DNA of 64,000 nt, taken from Candidatus Culexmicrobium cathedralense. Its GTDB lineage: Archaea > Thermoproteota > Methanomethylicia > Culexarchaeales > Culexmicrobiaceae. Every line of letters begins with the position of its first letter. The first letter of the stretch is position 1. The stretch is from positions 224,001-288,000 of the forward strand of contig JANZKC010000002.1 in NCBI GenBank assembly GCA_025061115.1, in the 5' to 3' direction. The notes beneath the pieces are model-generated. The model was given only the letters and a program-made list of their open reading frames with translations. It had not been told where the DNA came from and did no database searches. Positions 39,141 through 48,720 of this stretch are shown piece after piece. Both the position numbers and the translations under genes were made by a program.

Positions 39141-40111
39141 AGTTGAAAATTAAACCCATAGCTTTTGAAAGCTTAGGCGTCAGATCCATGTGCACTTACA
39201 TCGAAACACCAGACATAAGTATATTACTAGATCCGGGAGTTTCACTTGGAAAAAGATTCAGCAAAATACCTCACCCAAGAGAGTACATAGCCCTTAAAAG
39301 CGCACGTAAAAGACTACTTGAAATCTCACGCAAAGCTGACATCATAATCATAAGCCACTACCACTTCGACCACTACACCCCACTAGGATACACCGACTAC
39401 ACTTGGACTTGGAGCATACCCGATGAAAGTGCATCAATCTATGAAGGCAAACTACTATTCGTCAAAGACTTTAGAGATAAGATCAACTTCAGCCAAAGAA
39501 AAAGAGGATGGATATTCAACAAAATGGTGAATGAAATAGCCTACAAAGTTGAAATTGCCGACGGAAAGACGTTCAAGATAGGAGATACCCTAGTAAAGAT
39601 AAGTGAGCCAGTTTGGCACGGCGAAGCAGACACACCCCTCGGCTGGGTTTTAATGACAACAATCAAACATGAGGATGAGACAATACTATTTGCATCAGAC
39701 GTTCAAGGCCCAATAAACGAGGAGGCACTTCAAATAATTTTAAGCGAAAAGCCAAATCTAACAATAATCGGAGGGCCGCCGACATACCTACAAGAATACA
39801 AAACTAAAAGCGATAGCATAACCTCCGCAATAAAGCACTTAAGCAAAATAGCGCTAGAAAGCCAGATAGTCATACTAGACCACCACCTTCTAAGAGATGC
39901 GGAATGGAGGAAATACATCAAACTACCACTCGAAAACGCCAAAAGAAAGGGAAACAAACTAGTAACCGCAGCCGAATTCGAAAATAAGCAAAATCAGCTT
40001 TTAGAAGCATATAGAGACAAACTATATGAAGACGAGCCGCCAAGCGAAGAATTCATCAAGTGGAGCAAAATGCCAAAAGCCAAAAGGAAGAAAACACCCC
40101 CACCAATTTAG
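39137..40111 (+). CDS. Metallo-beta-lactamase-fold hydrolase (UPF0282-like)
   Basis: ESLGVRSM, DPGVSL, ISHYHFDH, WHG, ASDVQGP, GGPP, LDHHLLRD. Confidence 0.85.
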   Translation: MKLKIKPIAFESLGVRSMCTYIETPDISILLDPGVSLGKRFSKIPHPREYIALKSARKRLLEISRKADIIIISHYHFDHYTPLGYTDYTWTWSIPDESASIYEGKLLFVKDFRDKINFSQRKRGWIFNKMVNEIAYKVEIADGKTFKIGDTLVKISEPVWHGEADTPLGWVLMTTIKHEDETILFASDVQGPINEEALQIILSEKPNLTIIGGPPTYLQEYKTKSDSITSAIKHLSKIALESQIVILDHHLLRDAEWRKYIKLPLENAKRKGNKLVTAAEFENKQNQLLEAYRDKLYEDEPPSEEFIKWSKMPKAKRKKTPPPI

Positions 40112-40198
40112 AAGCCAAGCAAACATGAAATTAATTATCAACATGAAAGTGGAATACTTCCAATAAGAATATTTACCATTACATCGGGATTAATTAGT

Positions 40199-40259
40199 GG
40201 CGATGACGACTCTGGCCCCGAAGACCGAAAGGAATGAATAGGATCTTGAGTGCTGAGCC
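40199..40259 (+). ncRNA. Box C/D sRNA; D guide predicted to target C34 of tRNA-Leu(CAA)
   Basis: GGC/GCC ends, C-like GCGATGA, CCGA D', GAATGA C'-like, CTGA at 40253-40256. The guide AGGATCTTGAGT is complementary to ACUCAAGAUCCU. Confidence 0.75.
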
Positions 40260-40532
40260 GTTTCTCATATCAATTGATGAATGTGATCTAATGCTACATC
40301 CAAGTAAATCCATAGGAAGCACCAAGACACGTATTTGTACTAATTTTTTGAGTTGCCTCTCGATAGAGCGAGTTAAATTAAAATCTCTTAATGATAGTTT
40401 GAAAACGAGGTTTGGTATGGCTGAAGGTAACTGCCACAAGTAGAATACTCGAAGCATACATATGTATCCTAGGGCACAAATACGCTGTATGAATTGCTTA
40501 AAACAGGTATCAGAACTCATTGGTTTGCTTTG

Positions 40533-40596
40533 GTACTTGAAGTCAAGTACTAGTACTATTTGGTACTATTTTGTACCTAAAAAATTTTAAGTACTA
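40533..40596. promoter_or_regulatory. GTAC-core palindrome/iteron array (putative operator)
   Basis: GTACTTGA-AG-TCAAGTAC, AGTACTAGTACT, and GTAC at 40553, 40563, 40573 (10-bp phasing) and 40591. Confidence 0.45.
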
Positions 40597-40914
40597 TAGC
40601 AATCTTGACACTTTCGAGAAAACATAACACTTTTCATACATTCCCATCGCAGCCTTCTAGCCAGAAAAATCTCTACGCATAGGAATGCGGTATATAATAA
40701 TTTTTAAGGTATAAAAGGTTAGCCTGACAAGCAGCCTCATGCACTTTAAAGAGCTTGACGGCCAGCTCAAGTCCTCTAACCTTCACGCGCCTCCTAATTG
40801 CGGAATAAAAGCCATCAATAAAAACTACAACTAGCTTCTTGTTGCACCAAGCAACATGAAGCGCAATTTTGACTGCACATTGATTTTTGTTATTTCAATG
40901 TCATCCCAACAGTT

Positions 40915-41177
40915 TAACTTGCCTCAACTTGATCAGCAATCTTATGCATGGAATTGTTACAGACTACATCTATCATCATTGAGGCAAGCTCACCCTACTT
41001 TCCCTCATGTAGATGCTTTTCAATTACTTCAAAGTCTAAGGAGCAGATTATGCATTTGGCTGAACGTGAGCCGCCAAGTCATTCCTTGACGATATCATTA
41101 ATTACACTGTGGTATTCAATTGTTGATTTTCAGCTCATACCACCTATTAAGCCAATGGTCTTCGTGAATTCTACCAA
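40915..41177 (-). pseudogene. Aspartate/glutamate racemase (RacX/YgeA-like) pseudogene
   Basis: Minus-strand translation KTIGLIGGMS*KSTIEY..IN...*LGGSRSAKCIICSLDF...CNNSMHKIADQV shows several in-frame stops and an internal deletion. Confidence 0.8.
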
Positions 41178-41413
41178 TTAGTGATTATGCTATCTTGTAT
41201 TAAGGTTATTATAAGGTAGGTTGACCCAAAATATTTTAAATTCTTAATGAACTATTTATTTTCATAAAATAAAAATACTTCACATAAATACAGGGTGTTT
41301 ATAAATTAAACTTTCAAGAAGTTATCATCATTATAAAATGTTTTATAGACAAGCATATTACAGGTTATGATGCATCGTAGAAATGAAGCTTTTAACGATA
41401 AATAATGGAGAAG

Positions 41414-42163
41414 TTAAATTTTTAATAGCTTCTTTACATTCTCGCCCATAATAAGTCTCTTGTAGGATTCATCTAATCCAGTGAACTCAATGGTTTTCAA
41501 TTCCAATTCAACGTGTCCAAAGGGTGTTTGAGTGCTAAATATGAGTCTATTGGGGTCCATGGTTTCAGGCATGTGTTTTAGGAACCTATCTACCCCTTGA
41601 TGTCCACCCTTCAGTGGGAAGGTTTCTAGGAATAGGTTTTGTAGATTTTGAGCCATAGGTGATCTATTCAAGAGCATTGCGGCTATGGAGGATTTACCGG
41701 TGATGAATTTAACATTTGGATTCATATATGCTAGGAATACGACGCCCTCAGGAGAATAAAATCTTGATTGCGCACTTTTAATGTATAATGGTACATCTAG
41801 TTTTTCGGCCAAATCAATTACTGGTTTAACTACTGGTGAAGTTATTGAGAAAGACTCGTTTTGTGGATCAATATATAATGCTTTGAAACCCCACTCTGAT
41901 ATGGCTTTCTTAGCCTTCTCCAATTCGGAATCTCCAAACCATGGATTTAAACGGTAAACTCCTATCAATCTATCATGCTTTCTAGTAGCTTCATAAACAT
42001 ACTTATTACCATTATCATAGTATGGTCCTGGCGGAGGTGCAACCACAACAGCCATATCCACGCCATTCTTATCCATAATGTTCAACAAATCCTCACTGGT
42101 AAACTTCTTCCTCCTGAAGTAAATGCTTTCACCAATAAATGTATGGGCATCGATGACTACCAT
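41414..42163 (-). CDS. Amidohydrolase_2-family protein (degenerate metal ligands)
   Basis: IDAHTF, NP, LIFSTQTPF, IMGENV; TIM-barrel pattern lacking several His/Asp ligands. Confidence 0.75.
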   Translation of the reverse strand: MVVIDAHTFIGESIYFRRKKFTSEDLLNIMDKNGVDMAVVVAPPPGPYYDNGNKYVYEATRKHDRLIGVYRLNPWFGDSELEKAKKAISEWGFKALYIDPQNESFSITSPVVKPVIDLAEKLDVPLYIKSAQSRFYSPEGVVFLAYMNPNVKFITGKSSIAAMLLNRSPMAQNLQNLFLETFPLKGGHQGVDRFLKHMPETMDPNRLIFSTQTPFGHVELELKTIEFTGLDESYKRLIMGENVKKLLKI

Positions 42164-42165
42164 CG

Positions 42166-42969
42166 CTACCCCCTCCTCCTTCTAATATCATCCAAAATAT
42201 TCTTAATATTCAACCCAAGAATCATTTCCCTATCCCTATCCGATATATCTGCAAGCTTAATCTTCAACGTTTCAAGTTCAATAGAACCTTGTGGAAAATC
42301 GGATGCATACAAAACCTTCTCTGGACCTGCAAGGTCCACTGCCTTTTCGATGGCTTCTACGCCATGGCATAAAGCCGTATCCACGTATACGTTGTCGAAC
42401 CATCTAGCCACAAGTATTGCATCCATATAGAAGGATTTCCCAAGATGACCTATTACTATGGGGACCTCTGGAAAGTTTTCAGCTAAATAACCCACTGCTG
42501 TAGGATGCGAGTAATCAGCTTCACCAGTATGCAATAGTAGTAGACCGCCATACTCCTGAAGTTTCTCAACGATGGGAAAAACGAGATCTCTATTATCTGG
42601 TGAGACAGCTTCGTTCCTCAAATGTATCTTTATGCCCCAAAAGCCATTCTTTAAAGCCCATTCGGCTTCCTCCACAGCCCTTCTCCTAAGATGTGGATTA
42701 ACCCTAGCGACGCAGTAAAACCTCTTAGGATACTTCCTCTGAACCTCTAGTAGGAATAGATTTGCCTCACTATAACTTCTATCCCTAGATATTGATGAAT
42801 ATGGCGGCGTTGTCACCATGGCATCCATTCCAAGACTGTTCATAAGCTTAATACGCTCTTCAGGGGTTGCTGGCGGCAAACCTTTTCCGGGAGGACCAAA
42901 ATGAGTATGGGCATCAATATAAGTCAATTCAACCACCTCTCCAAGCCTTAAATGCCTCCTCAAAAACAT
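42166..42969 (-). CDS. Amidohydrolase_2-family metal-dependent hydrolase
   Basis: IDAHTH, GIKIH, LHTG, IGHLG, YVDTA, YASDFP. Confidence 0.88.
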   Translation of the reverse strand: MFLRRHLRLGEVVELTYIDAHTHFGPPGKGLPPATPEERIKLMNSLGMDAMVTTPPYSSISRDRSYSEANLFLLEVQRKYPKRFYCVARVNPHLRRRAVEEAEWALKNGFWGIKIHLRNEAVSPDNRDLVFPIVEKLQEYGGLLLLHTGEADYSHPTAVGYLAENFPEVPIVIGHLGKSFYMDAILVARWFDNVYVDTALCHGVEAIEKAVDLAGPEKVLYASDFPQGSIELETLKIKLADISDRDREMILGLNIKNILDDIRRRRG

Positions 42970-43275
42970 ATGTGGAAGTGAATTAAAAGCTTAAGTATTC
43001 AATAAATTTGCAAAGCAAGTCCACGAGCTCACCCTTAAATCTCACATTTAAATCAGCATTAATCTTTGAGTGGTTATTGTTGGTAAGGTATTGGGAATAA
43101 ACATTAACGAAGCCGCTAAAAACAAGTGCACGGAAAATGGTATAAGGGAAGCACTTCGAATGCTCAATCACGTAGAAGCTAGAAGATAAATATGAGAATA
43201 GAAATATTGCGAAGTATGCTACCGGCCTAAAGCTTTGGACTTAATTAAGTCTAGGAAGCTTAGTGGAGCTGATTC

Positions 43276-43542
43276 TCAAGTACCATGGCGTTCATCATGG
43301 AGAAATCGTAGTTTTCGTCTTAGCTTTTTAACTCCTAGCCTAAATGCTTTGTCTTCATCGATTTCGCCGAGTTTAGAGGAATAAAGCTCTATAGGGTCTA
43401 TTAGTCCACGCGGCGTTAATAATATACTGCCTTCCTTAACGGTTATTATTAGCTCATCTCCCACTTTGATGCCTGCCTTATGCCTAATACTTGCCGGAAG
43501 CTTAAGTATTCCGCCTTTATATACCTTAACTACCTCATGCAT
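43276..43542 (-). CDS. AbrB/MazE/SpoVT-family DNA-binding protein (VapB-like antitoxin)
   Basis: VKVYKGGILKLPASIRHKAGIKVGDELIITV.EGSILLTP. Confidence 0.85.
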   Translation of the reverse strand: MHEVVKVYKGGILKLPASIRHKAGIKVGDELIITVKEGSILLTPRGLIDPIELYSSKLGEIDEDKAFRLGVKKLRRKLRFLHDERHGT

Positions 43543-43545
43543 AGC

Positions 43546-43590
43546 AGTAACCTTTATTACTAATAGTAACTTAAGGTAATAAAGATTACT
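43546..43590. promoter_or_regulatory. Inverted-repeat operator in a divergent promoter
   Basis: AGTAACCTTTATTAC (43546-43560) vs GTAATAAAGATTACT (43576-43590), 14/15 complementary; internal TTACTA-A-TAGTAA palindrome. Confidence 0.6.
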
Positions 43591-44043
43591 ATGAGAAGAT
43601 CTGCACTTTGCGATACAATATGCGTTTGGGCATTCTACTTCAAAGATTCAGCTTATCGTGAACATATGCTTAAGTTAAGGTCAAATTATTTGCTCATCAT
43701 ACCAGATATATGCTTTTTAGAGGCATCTTACCCAATATATGAAGCCAAAGGACTTAAGGAGCTAGAGAAATACTCAAAGTTTGTTGAAAACATATTCCTA
43801 GCCCGCAATATTAAGGTATTATTAACATCCCTAGATGACTTAGTTAAAGCCTTAAACCTAGCTACAAGTGAACCAGAAACCTTCATAGATGACGAAGGTA
43901 ACTTATGCTTATTTGATGCGCTAATCGCCTCAACGTGGATGAAGGCCAATATCCCTCTCATTACATCGAATAGTAGGCTCATGAAGTTCGGCGCAAGTAG
44001 AAATCTAAAGATAATAAAGTTGCGGAAGACTAAGAGAGAATAA
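43591..44043 (+). CDS. PIN-domain (VapC-like) ribonuclease
   Basis: ALCDT, E in ICFLEA, LFDALIAS, LITSN: PIN acidic pattern with the last Asp replaced by Asn. Confidence 0.78.
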   Translation: MRRSALCDTICVWAFYFKDSAYREHMLKLRSNYLLIIPDICFLEASYPIYEAKGLKELEKYSKFVENIFLARNIKVLLTSLDDLVKALNLATSEPETFIDDEGNLCLFDALIASTWMKANIPLITSNSRLMKFGASRNLKIIKLRKTKRE

Positions 44044-44154
44044 CTGTAATAAATAGTAATAGTGCGAACACTTTTCTAGAAGAATTATAATAATAAATAA
44101 TTTCAAAAGTAATTAATATTGAATTTCATTAAAAATTTAAATGTTTGAATTTGA

Positions 44155-44601
44155 ATGATGGTGAGTTTGGTGGTGTAATTTGCTTTTAGTTTTGAGTGGA
44201 GATGTTAAGTCTAGGTGTTGTTTTTAGACTAGGAGATGGAATTTTTAGCGGTATCAGTGATTGTAGGTTTTTAATCATTCCTTGGGCTTCAAGAGATTTA
44301 AGGAAAGAGAATTTTATGGAACTTTGTCGGAGAATTATTTTAGAGATTTGAATGTTAATTTAGTAATGTTTCTTGAGAGGAATGATTATTATCTAATATT
44401 GTGGAGAATTTTAGTGTTGTTAATGTTATTTATCTTCCTGGTGGCAATCCATTTATTTTTCTTGATGAATTTAGCAGAAGAGGTTTTGATGGGTTTATTG
44501 GGGATTTTAATGGTATTATTATTGGTAATAGTGCTGGTGCACTATTTTATCTAAACATTTTGTTAGTAATAGGAATTTTAATAGGATTTGTAGTGGTTTA
44601 G
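44155..44601 (+). pseudogene. Peptidase E (S51) / GATase1-like remnant
   Basis: VIYLPGGNPF...IIIGNSAGAL in one frame, with fragmented flanks in a strongly C-poor, AT-rich tract. Boundaries are approximate. Confidence 0.55.
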
Positions 44602-44616
44602 GTTTGTTTGGTTTTG

Positions 44617-45681
44617 TCAGGTGCGATTTCTTACAGTTAGAAGGTATATCGCGCTTATTGTTAGAGCTATGACTGTTAATGCAATTCCTAAAGTCATTAA
44701 ATCAGATTGATTGGGTGCGTGACTTACTTTACTGTATACTCCTAAGACACTTGAAGTTCTTAATTCGCCCGTATCTGCCCAGAACGATGCTGCATAGCCG
44801 TATATACCATTTGGTAGTGTTTCCTTAAAGTATACGCATATTTGCCAAGCAGGATGTAATGTGCCTTCTTCACGGCTAGCATAAAACATTCTTGATTCAA
44901 CATCCTTAACTAAGTCTTCGAGATTTCTGCCGCATAATTCTTCGGGGTGTTTGCTGAAATATTCCCTCATTAGCATGATAGTACTATTAACTGCTTCTTC
45001 CTCTGTAAATACAATTTTGTAGCTGGCTATCTTGGTGAATTTATATTTGTCATAGAATCCTATGCTAGCCCAATTCCCGCCGGATTCAAATAATCTGCTT
45101 GGGTTAGGCAGCCATAAACCAAAAAGTCGTGGTGTTGCGACATTACCAACCAATAATCTACAATAAATACTTACACTAAGATTGCTAACATAAACTTCGA
45201 CAAGGACATTATCCTCAACAATCGTTTGTCTATCATTCAGTACTTTCAGCTTATCTATCGCTCTCACAATTTCATCGTAAAATATAGATGAAGCATTAAA
45301 GAATTCCCTATACCTCCTTATGAAATTCGAAATGTATCTTTTAAAACCTTCAATATTATTAATCGATTTAATCTCGTCAGTTCTTAAAATCAATGAATCC
45401 CCATTAAAATATGTGTCGACCCAGTATAATTCACCATTCTTAAAGTAGCCATAAACCTTAAGCCCACCATCAACCTCATCGTTCCTAAGAACAAAACTAC
45501 ATTCATCGTTCAATATTCTAACGTCACTTACAGCATATTTATCAATATCAATAGCAAAAACATCTTCCAAGAACTCGCAAACCTTATCAATCTTAACATT
45601 CTGAAACTCAAAGCAAAGCATTGAAGTAGCTGATAATGCTCCTATGAGAAGCATAAATACAATGAATGGAACTGCACGCAT
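44617..45681 (-). CDS. Hypothetical secreted protein with C-terminal membrane anchor
   Basis: N-terminal signal peptide, PepSY-like PAW...WADTGEL, C-terminal TM helix followed by RNRT. Confidence 0.6.
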   Translation of the reverse strand: MRAVPFIVFMLLIGALSATSMLCFEFQNVKIDKVCEFLEDVFAIDIDKYAVSDVRILNDECSFVLRNDEVDGGLKVYGYFKNGELYWVDTYFNGDSLILRTDEIKSINNIEGFKRYISNFIRRYREFFNASSIFYDEIVRAIDKLKVLNDRQTIVEDNVLVEVYVSNLSVSIYCRLLVGNVATPRLFGLWLPNPSRLFESGGNWASIGFYDKYKFTKIASYKIVFTEEEAVNSTIMLMREYFSKHPEELCGRNLEDLVKDVESRMFYASREEGTLHPAWQICVYFKETLPNGIYGYAASFWADTGELRTSSVLGVYSKVSHAPNQSDLMTLGIALTVIALTISAIYLLTVRNRT

Positions 45682-45687
45682 GCAAAA

Positions 45688-46245
45688 TCACCCCGTTGGC
45701 AAAAGGAGATTTCCATCTCCATAAACTACCATACTTGACTCCTCACCCGCTGCAATATATCCAGTGTATAATACGCAATCACTAAATTTTACACCCCAAA
45801 CTGTAATTGAGGCAAATTCCAAAGATTCACGCACATTACGCTGTGCAGCGTAATAGCCAAAAAGTGCACTATAGAATTCCACTGCAAAACTACATAGTGG
45901 ATATGCAAAATCTGAACCTTCAGTAAACTGCGGATCCGTATTAATAAGGAAAGGCGCTAATCCGTGAAAGCCTATAAAAGCATAGCCACTTCCATCAGGA
46001 TTTGCATAACCATCATTGCTTAAATCGGTTGTATCAGCGCCATATAAATCATAGGTTTTATATCCTGCTAAGGAAGCGGCTGTAACTATGAAATTCGCAA
46101 GAGATTCATCGGAAGATTGCTCATCTGCAGGTACTTCCAATCTAGATCCCACAGCTATTGTAGTCTTGGCAAGTACAGCAGAATATGCAAGAATTACATT
46201 AGCGAACATTATAACCATGCAAATGGAAACTATGGCACGTCTCAC
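45688..46245 (-). CDS. Hypothetical secreted protein
   Basis: Signal-peptide-like N-terminus, GGTGA SD, C-terminal VVYGDG; 6-bp gap to the next gene. Confidence 0.55.
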   Translation of the reverse strand: MRRAIVSICMVIMFANVILAYSAVLAKTTIAVGSRLEVPADEQSSDESLANFIVTAASLAGYKTYDLYGADTTDLSNDGYANPDGSGYAFIGFHGLAPFLINTDPQFTEGSDFAYPLCSFAVEFYSALFGYYAAQRNVRESLEFASITVWGVKFSDCVLYTGYIAAGEESSMVVYGDGNLLLPTG

Positions 46246-46436
46246 AGTGATATCACCAAAGATTTAAATAAATAAAATAATTATATATTTTTCGGTATAT
46301 CTACATAAAAAAGTATTTTATATCAATTTGAATTATTAATAATAAATTGCTAATAATTAAGTAATTTTGAATTTCTTCTTAAGATTTAATTAAGTTGGAC
46401 TTAAATGAAATTCTTCAAGTACTTGTAGGATGGTCA

Positions 46437-47120
46437 TTAGATTAATTTACTAAGCAATTCTCTGCCTCCAATGCTCACCACTTTACCTCCCTCCATTAAC
46501 ACGATATTATTAGCCAATTTATCAGCAAGTAAATTATCATGAGTAGCTATAATCACTTTAGATCCTCTTGATAACTGATTTTTAATCAATTTAATTATTA
46601 ATTTACGTTTATCAGCATCTAAATTAGCTGTTGGTTCATCAATTAATAAGTACCTTGGGTTTAAAACTATAGCCCTAATTATGGAAATTAATTGGGCCTC
46701 GCCTGCTGATAGCTCCTTAGATTTCTTAAATGCTAGGTAATCGAGACCTAACTTTCTAAGAACTGCCATTACCGTATTAAATGCATTATCCTTAGAAAAG
46801 CCACGTATTAGCAGTCCATACATTAAATTGCTAACTACATTACCCTTAATGAGCAAGGGTTTTTCATGGACATAGACAATCTCTCTCCTGATGCGCAGCC
46901 TCTCATTTTCATGCTTTAACCTCCAGAAGTTAACTCCATTAACTATTACCTCACCTTTGAATGGCTTATAGATGAGCCCTAAGACCTTAAGAAGTGTTGT
47001 CTTACCAGCTGCATTGGGCCCTAAAACAGCGGTTACACCATTACCTAAGCTTAAGTTAACATCATTAAGTGCTAAAACACCATTAGGATACCTAAAGGAT
47101 ACGTTTCTAAGCTCTATCAT
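46437..47120 (-). CDS. tupC: Tungstate ABC transporter ATPase
   Basis: GPNAAGKTT, LSAGE, IDEPTANLD, ATHD; operon with tupAB. Confidence 0.85.
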   Translation of the reverse strand: MIELRNVSFRYPNGVLALNDVNLSLGNGVTAVLGPNAAGKTTLLKVLGLIYKPFKGEVIVNGVNFWRLKHENERLRIRREIVYVHEKPLLIKGNVVSNLMYGLLIRGFSKDNAFNTVMAVLRKLGLDYLAFKKSKELSAGEAQLISIIRAIVLNPRYLLIDEPTANLDADKRKLIIKLIKNQLSRGSKVIIATHDNLLADKLANNIVLMEGGKVVSIGGRELLSKLI

Positions 47121-47761
47121 TGCAGATATGCCCTCAAAGCTCTAACTATTATGACTATTGACAATACTATAGTTAGGAGTATTAGACCTAAACTTAATGC
47201 CTTCTCAAATTCACCTTTAGTGACCTCAAGAGCTATTGAGGTTGTTAAGACCCTCGTATAACCCCTTATATTACCTCCAATCAAAAGCGCAACACCCAAC
47301 TCACCAATAGCTCTAGCAAAACCGATTAGTGATGATGTTATTAATTGAGGCAATGACTCACGAATAACTAGTAATGCTGCCTGCTTTGATGAAGCTCCCA
47401 ATGAAATAGCTAACTCCCAAAACCTTAACCTATGCTCATGAAAAACCTCATAAAGTAGCGATATAAGTAAAGGAGTTATCAGTACAGCTTCACCTAACAT
47501 TATTCCCTGAGGTGTGTACAGTAGGTTGATAATGCCTAGGGGACCTGTACGGCTAAAAAGCATGTAAAATACTAAGCCAACAAGCACCGTTGGTAAACCT
47601 ACTAAGGCATTACTGATGCTGATTGCTCCGTGAGCTAACTTACTTTGAGAGCCAGCTATAAGGTAAGCTATTATCATACTCCATGTAAGAGCTATTAACG
47701 TAGCATTCAAGGATATGATTAAAGACCTTAATGTTATTTCAATGACCTCAGGATCTATCAT
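47117..47761 (-). CDS. tupB: Tungstate ABC transporter permease
   Basis: LPTVLVGL, SRTGPLG, GGNIRGYTRVLTTSI. Confidence 0.9.
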   Translation of the reverse strand: MIDPEVIEITLRSLIISLNATLIALTWSMIIAYLIAGSQSKLAHGAISISNALVGLPTVLVGLVFYMLFSRTGPLGIINLLYTPQGIMLGEAVLITPLLISLLYEVFHEHRLRFWELAISLGASSKQAALLVIRESLPQLITSSLIGFARAIGELGVALLIGGNIRGYTRVLTTSIALEVTKGEFEKALSLGLILLTIVLSIVIIVRALRAYLQ

Positions 47762-47790
47762 TTATACACCCCAAAATAATCATAACTAAA

Positions 47791-48696
47791 TTACGACTTA
47801 CTTAACTCTACCCAAATCATCTCAAGCTCACCATACTTATCCTTAGCTGGTAGGAAGAGCGATTGACCATACGTACTAACACCATAACTACCTATCAACT
47901 TCTGACCTTCATCAGACGTTACAAAGTCCTTAAACATCTTCGCAACTTCGTAATTTACACCACGAAATTTGCATGGATTAACTATGTATACACTATAGAT
48001 GTTTATGAGCAGGTCATCTTTACTAACTAGTGGCTCAAGATCTATTCTACCATCAGTTCTCAACTTAAGGTAAGTACCAATATCACTTAATGTGTATGCT
48101 CTCAACTCATTAGCTATTAGCAAGGTTTCGCTCATTCCAGAACCTGATTCCACATACCATTCGTTACCATGCGGGCTTAAATTAGCTAATTTCCAAATAT
48201 ATAATTCCCTAACGTGAGTCCCTGAATTATCACCTCTACTAACAAATACCGCTGAACCTTCCTCACCAGCTTTGTAGATCTTTTTAAATGCTTCAATAGG
48301 GTCTAAACCTTTAATTCCAGCAGGATCTTCATGGGGGCCTACAATTATAAAGTAATTGTAGGCTACGATATTACCGTTAATTAAGGTACTGTCATTAATG
48401 TATTTGATCTCAAGCAATGGTGCGTGAACAAAAACCATATCAACATCACCTTTAGCAGCCCTTCTTAATGCCTCACCACTGCCCACAGGTATGAACTGTA
48501 TTATCACATCGGGATGCTTCTCCTCAAATTTCTCAGCTAGATATTCCAACAAACCCGTGGCATATAAGCTGGTAGTTGTTGATATTCTTAAAGTAATTTC
48601 ATGCGGTGTTAGTGAGTTATATAGCACTACTGAAGCAATTATTAGAACTAAAGCCATGGCTATGTAGATTAAATGTTTAGAATTCAGTTCAATCAC
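47791..48696 (-). CDS. tupA: Tungstate ABC transporter substrate-binding protein
   Basis: TupA signature STTTS..TGLL, GSGEAL, VHAP, SRGDNSGTH, YTLSD. Confidence 0.92.
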   Translation of the reverse strand: MIELNSKHLIYIAMALVLIIASVVLYNSLTPHEITLRISTTTSLYATGLLEYLAEKFEEKHPDVIIQFIPVGSGEALRRAAKGDVDMVFVHAPLLEIKYINDSTLINGNIVAYNYFIIVGPHEDPAGIKGLDPIEAFKKIYKAGEEGSAVFVSRGDNSGTHVRELYIWKLANLSPHGNEWYVESGSGMSETLLIANELRAYTLSDIGTYLKLRTDGRIDLEPLVSKDDLLINIYSVYIVNPCKFRGVNYEVAKMFKDFVTSDEGQKLIGSYGVSTYGQSLFLPAKDKYGELEMIWVELSKS

Positions 48697-48720
48697 CGTT
48701 ATTAGATAACGGATAACGGT
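48695..48720. promoter_or_regulatory. Palindromic operator candidate at the tupA start
   Basis: ACCGTTAT-N10-ATAACGGT with nested CCGTTAT-TAG-ATAACGG, between a TTTTTAAA box and the GTG start. Confidence 0.55.

Noticed and set aside
40194-40520. 108-aa minus-strand ORF
   Set aside because: No recognisable motif, and it overlaps the C/D sRNA antisense. At most a remnant.
44282-44554. 90-aa hydrophobic membrane protein ORF
   Set aside because: A by-product of T/G-rich composition; the alternative frame carries the peptidase E motifs.
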